From NCBI GenBank assembly GCA_964016885.1, contig OZ024741.1:412672001-412736000 (forward strand): a DNA stretch of 64,000 bases, given 5' to 3'. The notes under the pieces are model-generated. The model was not told where the DNA came from, made no database searches, and saw nothing but the letters and a program-made list of their open reading frames with translations. How positions within the stretch are numbered: position 1 is the first letter of the stretch; each line of letters starts with the position of its first letter. Positions 51,801 to 64,000 of the stretch are shown piece after piece. Both the position numbers and the translations under genes were made by a program. The DNA is from Eledone cirrhosa. Lineage: Eukaryota.

Positions 51801-54800
51801 TGAAGTAAAGTGTCTTGCTCAAGGACACAGTGGACTGCACCAACACGATGTAAGGTGTCTTGCTCAAGGACACAGTGGACTGGAGCAACATGAAATAAAG
51901 TGTCTTGCTCAAGAACACAGTGATCTGGAACACATGCAATAAGGTGTCTTGCACAAGGACACAGTGGCCTGGAACAACATGAAGTAAAGTGTCTTGCTCA
52001 AGGACACAGTGGACTGGAGCAATATGAAGTAAAGTGTTTTGCTCAAGGACACAGAGAACTGGAGCCACATGAAGTAAAGTGTCTTGCTGAAGGACACAGT
52101 GGACTGGAGCAGCATGAAATAATGTGTCTTGCTCAAGGACAAAGTGGACTGGAGCAACATGAAATAAAGTGTCTTGCTCATGGACACAGTGGACTTGAGT
52201 AACATGAAATAAAGTGTCTTGCACAAGGACACAGTGGACTGGTGCAGCATGATATAAAGTGTCTTGCTCAAGGACAGAGTGGACTGGGCTAACATGATGT
52301 AAAGTGTCTTGCTCCAGGATACAGTGGACTGGAGCAACAGGAAATAAACTGTCTTGCTAAAGGGCACAGTGGACTGGAGCAACATGAAGTAAAGTGTCTT
52401 GCTCAAGGACACAGTGGATTGGAGCAACATGAAGTAAAGTGTCTTGCTCAAGGAACACAGTAGACTGGAGCAACATGAAGTAAAGTGTCTTGCACATGGA
52501 CACGGTGGACTGGAGCAACATGAAGTAAAGTGTCTTTCTCAAGGACACACTGGACTAGGGTATCTTGAAGTAAAGTGTCTTGCTCAAGAACACAGTGGAC
52601 TGGAGTAGCATGAAATAAAGTGTCTTGCTCAAGGACACAGTGGACTGGAGCAACATGAAGTAGAGTGTCTTGCTGAAGGTCACAGTGGACTGGAACAATG
52701 TGAAATAAATTGTCTTGCTTAAGGACACAGAGAATTGGAGCAACATGAAGTAAACTGTCTTGCTCAAGAACACAGTTGACTAGAGCAATGTGAACTAAAG
52801 TGTCTTACTCAAGGGCACGGAGAACTGGAACCACATGAAGTAAAGTGTCTTGCTGAAGGACACAGTGCATTGGAGGAGCATGACATAAAGTGTCTTGCTC
52901 AAGGACACAGTGGACAGAAGCAGCATGAAATAAAGTGTCTTGCTCAAGGACACAGTGCACTGGGCTAACATGATGTAAAGTGTCTTGCTCAAGGACACAG
53001 TGGACTGGAGCAACAGGAAATAAACTGTCTTGATCAAGGACACAGTGGACTGGAGCAACATGAAGTAAAGTGTCTTGGTCAAGGACACAGTGGACTGGAG
53101 CAACATGAAATAAAGTGTCTTGCTTAAGGACACAGTGTACTGGAGCAACATGAAATAAAGTGTCTTGCTTAAGGAGACTGTGGACTGGAGCAACATGAAA
53201 TAAAGTGTCTTGCTTAAGGAGACTGTGGACTGGAGCAACATGAAATAAAGTGTCTTGCTCAAGGACACAGTGCACTGGAGCAACATGAAATAGACTGTCT
53301 TGCTCAAGGACACAGTGGACTGGAGCAACATGAAGTAAAGTGTCTTGCTCAAGGACAGAGTGGACTGGAGCAATATGAAGTAAAGTGTCTTGCACAAGGA
53401 CACAGTGGACTGGAGCAACATGAAATAAATTGTCTTGCTCAAGGACACAGTGGACTGGAGCAGCATGCAATAGAGGGTCTTGCTCAAGGGCACAGTGAAC
53501 CGGAGCAACATGAAATAAAGTGTCTTGCTCAAGGACACAATGGACTGGAGCAATAGTAAAATAAAGTGACTGGCTGAATATCACAGTGGACTAGAGCAAT
53601 GTGAAATAGAGTGTCTTGCTCACGAGCACAGAGAACTGGAGCCACATGAAGTAAAGTGTCTTGTTGAGGGTCACAGTGGACTAGAGCAATGTGAAATAAA
53701 GTGTCTTGCTGAAGGACACAATGGACTGGAGCAACCTGAAATAAAATGTCTTGCTCAAGGACACAGAGAACTGGAGCCACATGAAGTAAAGTGTCTTGCT
53801 CAAGGACACAGTGGACTGGGGTAACATGAAATAAGTGTCTTGCTCAAGGAACACAGTGGACTGGAGCAACATGAAGTAAAGTGTCTTGCACAAGGACACG
53901 GTGGACTGGAGCAACATGAAGTAAAGTGTCTTTCTCAAGGACACACTGGACTAGGGTATCTTGAAGTAAAGTGTCGTGCTCAAGAACACAGTGGACTGGA
54001 GTAGCATGAAATAAAGTGTCTTGCTCAAGGACACAGTGGACTGGAGCAACATGAAATAAAGTGTCTTGCTCAAGGACACGGTAGACTGGAGCAACATGAA
54101 GTAAAGTGTCTTGCTCAAGGACACAGTGGACTGGAGCAATGTGAAATAAAGTGTTTTGCTGAAGGACACAGTAAACTGGAGCAACATGAAATAAAGTGTC
54201 TAGCTCAAGGACACAGTGGACTGGAGCAACATGAAGTAAAGTGTCATGCTCAAGGAGACAGTGGACAGGAGTAACATGAAGTAAAGTGTCTTTCTCAAGG
54301 ACACAGTGGACTGGGGTAACATGAAGTAAAGTGTCTTGCTCAAGGACACAGTGGACTGGAGTAATGTGAAATAAAGTGTCTTGCTGAAGGTTACAGTGGA
54401 CGGGAGCAATGTGAAGTAAATTCTCTTGCTTAAGGACACAGAGAACTGGAGCAACATGAAATAAAGTGTCTTGCTCAAGGACACAGTGGACTGGAGCAAC
54501 ATGAAGTAAAGTGTCTGGCTCAAGGACACAGTGTACTGGAGCTGCATGAAATAAAGTGTCTTGCTCAAGGACACAGTGGACTGGGGTAACATGAAGTAAA
54601 GTGTCTTACTCAAGAACATAGTCGCCTGGAGCAGTGTGAAGTAAAGTGTCTGGCTCAAGGACAGAGAGAACTGGAGCAACATGAAGTAAAGTGTCTTGCT
54701 CAAGGACACAGTGGACTGGAGCAACATGAAGTAAAGTGTCTTGCTCAAGGACACAGTGGATTGGAGCAGCATGCAATATACTGTCGTGCTCAAGGACACA

Positions 54801-57800
54801 GTGGACTGGAGCAACATGAAGTAAACTGTCTTGCTGAAGGACACAGTGGACTGGAGCAACATGAAGTAAATAGTCTTGCTCAAGGACACAGTGGACTGGA
54901 ACAACATGAAGTAAAGTGTCTTGCTCAAGGACACAGTGGACTGCAGCAATGTGAAGTAAAGTGTCTTGCTGAAGGTCACAGTGGACTGGAGCAATGTGAA
55001 ATAAAGTGTCTTACTCAAGGGCACAGTGAACTGTAACATCATGAAGTAAAGTGTCTTGCTCAAGGACACAGTGGACTGGAGCAACATGAAGTAAAGTGTC
55101 TTGTTCAAGGACACAGTGGACTGGAGCAACATGAAGTAAAGTGTCTTGCTCAAGGACACAGTGAACTGGAACACATGAAATAAAGTACTTGCACAAGGAC
55201 ACAGTGGAGAGAAATAACATGAAATAAAGTGTCTTGCTCAAGGACACAATAAACTGGAGCAACATGAAATAAAGAGTCTTGCTCAAGGACACAGTGGACT
55301 GGAGGAACATGAAGTAAAGTGTCTTGCTCAAGGACACAGTGGACTGGAACAACATGAAATAGACTGCCTTGCTCAAGGACACAGTGGACGGGAGCAACAT
55401 GAAATAAAGTGTCTTGCTCAAGGACACAGTGAACTGTAACACATGAAATAAAGTGTCTTGCACAAGGACACAGTGGACTGGAACAACATGAAATAAAGTG
55501 TCTTGCTCAAGGACACAGTGGACTGAAGCAACATGAAGAAAAGTGTCTCGCTCAAGGACACAGTGGATTGGAGCAACATGAAGTAAAGTGTCTTGCTCAA
55601 GGACACAGTGGACTGGAGCAACATGAAATAAAGTGTCATGCTCAAGGACACAGTGGACTGGAACAACGTGAAATAAAGTGTCTTGCTCAAGAACACAGTG
55701 AATTGGAGCAACATGAAGTAAAGTGTCTTGCTCAAGGACACAGTGGACTGGAGCAACATGAAGTAAAGTGTCTTGTTCAAGGACACAGTGGACTGGAGCA
55801 ACATGAAGTAAAGTGTCTTGCTCAAGGACACAGTGAACTGGAACACATGAAATAAAGTACTTGCACAAGGACACAGTGGAGAGAAATAACATGAAATAAA
55901 GTGTCTTGCTCAAGGACACAATAAACTGGAGCAACATGAAATAAAGAGTCTTGCTCAAGGACACAGTAGACTGGAGCAACATGAAGTAAAGTGTCTTGCT
56001 CAAGAACACAGTTGACTAGAGCAATGTGAACTAAAGTGTCTTACTCAAGGGCACGGAGAACTGGAACCACATGAAGTAAAGTGTCTTGCTGAAGGACACA
56101 GTGCATTGGAGGAGCATGACATAAAGTGTCTTGCTCAAGGACACAGTGGACAGAAGCAGCATGAAATAAAGTGTCTTGCTCAAGGACACAGTGCACTGGG
56201 CTAACATGATGTAAAGTGTCTTGCTCAAGGACACAGTGGACTGGAGCAACAGGAAATAAACTGTCTTGATCAAGGACACAGTGGACTGGAGCAACATGAA
56301 GTAAAGTGTCTTGGTCAAGGACACAGTGGACTGGAGCAACATGAAATAAAGTGTCTTGCTTAAGGACACAGTGTACTGGAGCAACATGAAATAAAGTGTC
56401 TTGCTTAAGGAGACTGTGGACTGGAGCAACATGAAATAAAGTGTCTTGCTTAAGGAGACTGTGGACTGGAGCAACATGAAATAAAGTGTCTTGCTCAAGG
56501 ACACAGTGCACTGGAGCAACATGAAATAGACTGTCTTGCTCAAGGACACAGTGGACTGGAGCAACATGAAGTAAAGTGTCTTGCTCAAGGACAGAGTGGA
56601 CTGGAGCAATATGAAGTAAAGTGTCTTGCACAAGGACACAGTGGACTGGAGCAACATGAAATAAATTGTCTTGCTCAAGGACACAGTGGACTGGAGCAGC
56701 ATGCAATAGAGGGTCTTGCTCAAGGGCACAGTGAACCGGAGCAACATGAAATAAAGTGTCTTGCTCAAGGACACAATGGACTGGAGCAATAGTAAAATAA
56801 AGTGACTGGCTGAATATCACAGTGGACTAGAGCAATGTGAAATAGAGTGTCTTGCTCACGAGCACAGAGAACTGGAGCCACATGAAGTAAAGTGTCTTGT
56901 TGAGGGTCACAGTGGACTAGAGCAATGTGAAATAAAGTGTCTTGCTGAAGGACACAATGGACTGGAGCAACCTGAAATAAAATGTCTTGCTCAAGGACAC
57001 AGAGAACTGGAGCCACATGAAGTAAAGTGTCTTGCTCAAGGACACAGTGGACTGGGGTAACATGAAATAAGTGTCTTGCTCAAGGAACACAGTGGACTGG
57101 AGCAACATGAAGTAAAGTGTCTTGCACAAGGACACGGTGGACTGGAGCAACATGAAGTAAAGTGTCTTTCTCAAGGACACACTGGACTAGGGTATCTTGA
57201 AGTAAAGTGTCGTGCTCAAGAACACAGTGGACTGGAGTAGCATGAAATAAAGTGTCTTGCTCAAGGACACAGTGGACTGGAGCAACATGAAATAAAGTGT
57301 CTTGCTCAAGGACACGGTAGACTGGAGCAACATGAAGTAAAGTGTCTTGCTCAAGGACACAGTGGACTGGAGCAATGTGAAATAAAGTGTTTTGCTGAAG
57401 GACACAGTAAACTGGAGCAACATGAAATAAAGTGTCTAGCTCAAGGACACAGTGGACTGGAGCAACATGAAGTAAAGTGTCATGCTCAAGGAGACAGTGG
57501 ACAGGAGTAACATGAAGTAAAGTGTCTTTCTCAAGGACACAGTGGACTGGGGTAACATGAAGTAAAGTGTCTTGCTCAAGGACACAGTGGACTGGAGTAA
57601 TGTGAAATAAAGTGTCTTGCTGAAGGTTACAGTGGACGGGAGCAATGTGAAGTAAATTCTCTTGCTTAAGGACACAGAGAACTGGAGCAACATGAAATAA
57701 AGTGTCTTGCTCAAGGACACAGTGGACTGGAGCAACATGAAGTAAAGTGTCTGGCTCAAGGACACAGTGTACTGGAGCTGCATGAAATAAAGTGTCTTGC

Positions 57801-60800
57801 TCAAGGACACAGTGGACTGGGGTAACATGAAGTAAAGTGTCTTACTCAAGAACATAGTCGCCTGGAGCAGTGTGAAGTAAAGTGTCTGGCTCAAGGACAG
57901 AGAGAACTGGAGCAACATGAAGTAAAGTGTCTTGCTCAAGGACACAGTGGACTGGAGCAACATGAAGTAAAGTGTCTTGCTCAAGGACACAGTGGATTGG
58001 AGCAGCATGCAATATACTGTCGTGCTCAAGGACACAGTGGACTGGAGCAACATGAAGTAAACTGTCTTGCTGAAGGACACAGTGGACTGGAGCAACATGA
58101 AGTAAATAGTCTTGCTCAAGGACACAGTGGACTGGAACAACATGAAGTAAAGTGTCTTGCTCAAGGACACAGTGGACTGCAGCAATGTGAAGTAAAGTGT
58201 CTTGCTGAAGGTCACAGTGGACTGGAGCAATGTGAAATAAAGTGTCTTACTCAAGGGCACAGTGAACTGTAACATCATGAAGTAAAGTGTCTTGCTCAAG
58301 GACACAGTGGACTGGAGCAACATGAAGTAAAGTGTCTTGTTCAAGGACACAGTGGACTGGAGCAACATGAAGTAAAGTGTCTTGCTCAAGGACACAGTGA
58401 ACTGGAACACATGAAATAAAGTACTTGCACAAGGACACAGTGGAGAGAAATAACATGAAATAAAGTGTCTTGCTCAAGGACACAATAAACTGGAGCAACA
58501 TGAAATAAAGAGTCTTGCTCAAGGACACAGTGGACTGGAGGAACATGAAGTAAAGTGTCTTGCTCAAGGACACAGTGGACTGGAACAACATGAAATAGAC
58601 TGCCTTGCTCAAGGACACAGTGGACGGGAGCAACATGAAATAAAGTGTCTTGCTCAAGGACACAGTGAACTGTAACACATGAAATAAAGTGTCTTGCACA
58701 AGGACACAGTGGACTGGAACAACATGAAATAAAGTGTCTTGCTCAAGGACACAGTGGACTGAAGCAACATGAAGAAAAGTGTCTCGCTCAAGGACACAGT
58801 GGATTGGAGCAACATGAAGTAAAGTGTCTTGCTCAAGGACACAGTGGACTGGAGCAACATGAAATAAAGTGTCATGCTCAAGGACACAGTGGACTGGAAC
58901 AACGTGAAATAAAGTGTCTTGCTCAAGAACACAGTGAATTGGAGCAACATGAAGTAAAGTGTCTTGCTCAAGGACACAGTGGACTGGAGCAACATGAAGT
59001 AAAGTGTCTTGTTCAAGGACACAGTGGACTGGAGCAACATGAAGTAAAGTGTCTTGCTCAAGGACACAGTGAACTGGAACACATGAAATAAAGTACTTGC
59101 ACAAGGACACAGTGGAGAGAAATAACATGAAATAAAGTGTCTTGCTCAAGGACACAATAAACTGGAGCAACATGAAATAAAGAGTCTTGCTCAAGGACAC
59201 AGTAGACTGGAGCAACATGAAGTAAAGTGTCTTGCTCAAGGACACAGTGGACTGGAGCAATGTGAAACAAGGTGTTTTGCTGAAGGACACAGTAAACTGG
59301 AGCAACATGAAATAAAGTGTCTAGCTCAAGGACACAGTGGACTGGAGCAACATGAAGTAAAGTGTCTTGCTCAAGGAGACAGTGGACAGGAGTAACATGA
59401 AGTAAAGTGTCTAGCTCAAGGACACAGTGGACTGGAGCAACATGAAGTAAAGTGTCTTGCTCAAGGACACAGAGAACTGGAGCCACATGAAGTAAAGTGT
59501 CTTGCTCAAGGACACAGTGGACTGGGGTAACATGAAATAAAGTGTCTTGCTCAAGGAACACAGTGGACTGGAGCAACATGAAGTAAAGTGTCTTGCACAA
59601 GGACACGGTGGACTGGAGCAACATGAAGTAAAGTGTCTTTCTCAAGGACACACTGGACTAGGGTATCTTGAAGTAAAGTGTCGTGCTCAAGAACACAGTG
59701 GACTGGAGTAGCATGAAATAAAGTGTCTTGCTCAAGGACACGGTAGACTGGAGCAACATGAAGTAAAGTGTCTTGCTCAAGGACACAGTGGACTGGAGCA
59801 ATGTGAAATAAAGTGTTTTGCTGAAGGACACAGTAAACTGGAGCAACATGAAATAAAGTGTCTAGCTCAAGGACACAGTGGACTGGAGCAACATGAAGTA
59901 AAGTGTCATGCTCAAGGAGACAGTGGACAGGAGTAACATGAAGTAAAGTGTCTTTCTCAAGGACACAGTGGACTGGGGTAACATGAAGTAAAGTGTCTTG
60001 CTCAAGGACACAGTGGACTGGAGTAATGTGAAGTAAAGTGTCTTGCTGAAGGTTACAGTGGACGGGAGCAATGTGAAGTAAATTCTCTTGCTTAAGGACA
60101 CAGAGAACTGGAGCAACATGAAATAAAGTGTCTTGCTCAAGGACACAGTGGACTGGAGCAACATGAAGTAAAGTGTCTGGCTCAAGGACACAGTGTACTG
60201 GAGCTGCATGAAATAAAGTGTCTTGCTCAAGGACACAGTGGACTGGGGTAACATGAAGTAAAGTGTCTTACTCAAGAACATAGTCGCCTGGAGCAGTGTG
60301 AAGTAAAGTGTCTGGCTCAAGGACAGAGAGAACTGGAGCAACATGAAGTAAAGTGTCTTGCTCAAGGACACAGTGGACTGGAGCAACATGAAGTAAAGTG
60401 TCTTGCTCAAGGACACAGTGGATTGGAGCAGCATGCAATATACTGTCGTGCTCAAGGACACAGTGGACTGGAGCAACATGAAGTAAACTGTCTTGCTGAA
60501 GGACACAGTGGACTGGAGCAACATGAAGTAAATAGTCTTGCTCAAGGACACAGTGGACTGGAACAACATGAAGTAAAGTGTCTTGCTCAAGGACACAGTG
60601 GACTGCAGCAATGTGAAGTAAAGTGTCTTGCTGAAGGTCACAGTGGACTGGAGCAATGTGAAATAAAGTGTCTTACTCAAGGGCACAGTGAACTGTAACA
60701 TCATGAAGTAAAGTGTCTTGCTCAAGGACACAGTGGACTGGAGCAACATGAAGTAAAGTGTCTTGTTCAAGGACACAGTGGACTGGAGCAACATGAAGTA

Positions 60801-63800
60801 AAGTGTCTTGCTCAAGGACACAGTGAACTGGAACACATGAAATAAAGTACTTGCACAAGGACACAGTGGAGAGAAATAACATGAAATAAAGTGTCTTGCT
60901 CAAGGACACAATAAACTGGAGCAACATGAAATAAAGAGTCTTGCTCAAGGACACAGTGGACTGGAGGAACATGAAGTAAAGTGTCTTGCTCAAGGACACA
61001 GTGGACTGGAACAACATGAAATAGACTGCCTTGCTCAAGGACACAGTGGACGGGAGCAACATGAAATAAAGTGTCTTGCTCAAGGACACAGTGAACTGTA
61101 ACACATGAAATAAAGTGTCTTGCACAAGGACACAGTGGACTGGAACAACATGAAATAAAGTGTCTTGCTCAAGGACACAGTGGACTGAAGCAACATGAAG
61201 AAAAGTGTCTCGCTCAAGGACACAGTGGATTGGAGCAACATGAAGTAAAGTGTCTTGCTCAAGGACACAGTGGACTGGAGCAACATGAAATAAAGTGTCA
61301 TGCTCAAGGACACAGTGGACTGGAACAACGTGAAATAAAGTGTCTTGCTCAAGAACACAGTGAATTGGAGCAACATGAAGTAAAGTGTCTTGCTCAAGGA
61401 CACAGTGGACTGGAGCAACATGAAGTAAAGTGTCTTGTTCAAGGACACAGTGGACTGGAGCAACATGAAGTAAAGTGTCTTGCTCAAGGACACAGTGAAC
61501 TGGAACACATGAAATAAAGTACTTGCACAAGGACACAGTGGAGAGAAATAACATGAAATAAAGTGTCTTGCTCAAGGACACAATAAACTGGAGCAACATG
61601 AAATAAAGAGTCTTGCTCAAGGACACAGTAGACTGGAGCAACATGAAGTAAAGTGTCTTGCTCAAGGACACAGTGGACTGGAGCAATGTGAAACAAGGTG
61701 TTTTGCTGAAGGACACAGTAAACTGGAGCAACATGAAATAAAGTGTCTAGCTCAAGGACACAGTGGACTGGAGCAACATGAAGTAAAGTGTCTTGCTCAA
61801 GGAGACAGTGGACAGGAGTAACATGAAGTAAAGTGTCTTGCTCAAGGACACAGTGGACTGGAGTAATGTGAAGTAAAGTGTCTTGCTGAAGGTCACAGTG
61901 GACGGGAGCAATGTGAAATAAATTCTCTTGCTTAAGGACACAGAGAACTGGAGCAACATGAAGTAAAGTGTCTGGCTCAAGGACACAGTGTACAGGAGCA
62001 GCATGAAATAAAGTGTCTTGCTCAAGGACACAGTGGACTGGGGTAACATGAAGTAAAGTGTCTTACTCAAGGACACAGTCGCCTGGAGCAGTGTGAAGTA
62101 AAGTGTCTGGCTCAAGGACAGAGAGAACTGGAGCAACATGAAGTAAAGTGTCTTGCTCAAGGACACAGTGGACTGGAGCAACATGAAATAAAGTGTCTTG
62201 CTCAAGGACACAGTGGATTGGAGCAGCATGCAATATACTGTCTTGCTCAAGGACACAGTGGACTGGAGCAACATGAAGTAAAGTGTCTTGCTCAAGGACA
62301 CAGTGGACTGCAGCAATGTGAAGTAGAGTGTCTTGTTGAAGGTCACAGTGGACTTGAGGAATGTGAAATAAAGTGTCTTACTCAAGGGCACGGAGAACTG
62401 GAACAACATGAAATAAAGTGTCTTGCTCAAGGACACAGTGGACTGGAACAACATGAAATAAAGTGTCTTGCTCAAGGACACAGTGGACTGGAACAACATG
62501 AAATAAAGTGTCTTGCTCAAGAACACAGTGAGCTGGAACAACAAGAAGTAAAGTGTCTTGCTCAAGGACACAGTGGACTGCACCAACACGAAGTAAGGTG
62601 TCTTGCTCAAGGACACAGTGGACTGGAACAACATGAAATAAAGTGTCTTGCTCAAGAACACAGTGAACTGGAACAACATGAAGTAAAGTGTCTTGCTCAA
62701 GGACACAGTGGACTGCACCAACACGAAGTAAAGTGTCTTGCTCAAGGACACAGTGGACTGGAGCAATGTGAAATAAAGTGTTTTGCTGAAGGACACAGTA
62801 AACTGGAGCAACATGAAATAAAGTGTCTAGCTCAAGGACACAGTGGACTGGAGCAACATGAAGTAAAGTGTCATGCTCAAGGAGACAGTGGACAGGAGTA
62901 ACATGAAGTAAAGTGTCTTTCTCAAGGACACAGTGGACTGGGGTAACATGAAGTAAAGTGTCTTGCTCAAGGACACAGTGGACTGGAGTAATGTGAAGTA
63001 AAGTGTCTTGCTGAAGGTTACAGTGGACGGGAGCAATGTGAAGTAAATTCTCTTGCTTAAGGACACAGAGAACTGGAGCAACATGAAATAAAGTGTCTTG
63101 CTCAAGGACACAGTGGACTGGAGCAACATGAAGTAAAGTGTCTGGCTCAAGGACACAGTGTACTGGAGCTGCATGAAATAAAGTGTCTTGCTCAAGGACA
63201 CAGTGGACTGGGGTAACATGAAGTAAAGTGTCTTACTCAAGAACATAGTCGCCTGGAGCAGTGTGAAGTAAAGTGTCTGGCTCAAGGACAGAGAGAACTG
63301 GAGCAACATGAAGTAAAGTGTCTTGCTCAAGGACACAGTGGACTGGAGCAACATGAAGTAAAGTGTCTTGCTCAAGGACACAGTGGATTGGAGCAGCATG
63401 CAATATACTGTCGTGCTCAAGGACACAGTGGACTGGAGCAACATGAAGTAAACTGTCTTGCTGAAGGACACAGTGGACTGGAGCAACATGAAGTAAATAG
63501 TCTTGCTCAAGGACACAGTGGACTGGAACAACATGAAGTAAAGTGTCTTGCTCAAGGACACAGTGGACTGCAGCAATGTGAAGTAAAGTGTCTTGCTGAA
63601 GGTCACAGTGGACTGGAGCAATGTGAAATAAAGTGTCTTACTCAAGGGCACAGTGAACTGTAACATCATGAAGTAAAGTGTCTTGCTCAAGGACACAGTG
63701 GACTGGAGCAACATGAAGTAAAGTGTCTTGTTCAAGGACACAGTGGACTGGAGCAACATGAAGTAAAGTGTCTTGCTCAAGGACACAGTGAACTGGAACA

Positions 63801-64000
63801 CATGAAATAAAGTACTTGCACAAGGACACAGTGGAGAGAAATAACATGAAATAAAGTGTCTTGCTCAAGGACACAATAAACTGGAGCAACATGAAATAAA
63901 GAGTCTTGCTCAAGGACACAGTGGACTGGAGGAACATGAAGTAAAGTGTCTTGCTCAAGGACACAGTGGACTGGAACAACATGAAATAGACTGCCTTGCT
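27889..64000. repeat. 45-bp satellite, about 800 monomers in the window, continuing past the right edge; consensus CTGGAGCAACATGAA(G/A)TAAAGTGTCTTGCTCAAGGACACAGTGGA; nested higher-order repeats
   Basis: Uninterrupted head-to-tail array with occasional 44- and 46-bp monomers. Ordered variant monomers recur at offsets of 1796, 2560, 7325, 2698 and 3236 bp, read from ORF-track coordinates. Confidence 0.98.

Noticed and set aside
27831-63982. Dozens of long ORFs with 15-aa periodicity (EQHEVKCLAQGHSGL, LLQSTVSLSKTLYFM, VAPVHCVLEQDTLLH) suggesting a His/Cys-rich repeat protein
   Set aside because: A 45-bp unit is divisible by 3, so stop-free frames arise automatically on both strands. Stops and 44/46-bp frameshifting monomers are propagated within the higher-order blocks. 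The unit derives from a non-coding SINE and there is no unique N-terminal domain.
27889-64000. CRISPR-like array (palindromic repeat at regular spacing)
   Set aside because: The intervening sequences are not unique spacers because the whole unit repeats. There are no cas genes and the context is eukaryotic.

Overview
Eukaryotic, repeat-dominated DNA. No host protein-coding gene could be supported. The AT/microsatellite richness and the SINE/LINE families suggest a coleoid cephalopod (octopus-like); this is inference only. The first ~27.8 kb is a retroelement mosaic. It holds an apparently intact RTE-clade LINE (APE endonuclease, RT, PHD-type finger) plus two defective relatives, two degenerate L1/Tx1-like copies sitting in an (ATT)n tract, several tRNA-derived SINEs, and a 633-bp partial-tandem non-coding element. 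It also holds three large inverted duplications. Two of these are head-to-head Penelope-like insertions bounded by (TA)n and carry hammerhead-ribozyme motifs: one canonical minimal type I, and one variant with a long helix II. From ~27,889 to the window end runs a satellite of about 800 45-bp monomers with nested higher-order repeats. Its monomer matches the CORE-like central domain of a SINE present elsewhere in the window, and the rest of that SINE body is still attached at the array's left edge, so the array appears to have grown in place from one SINE copy. The many 15-aa-periodic ORFs in the array are treated as artefacts.
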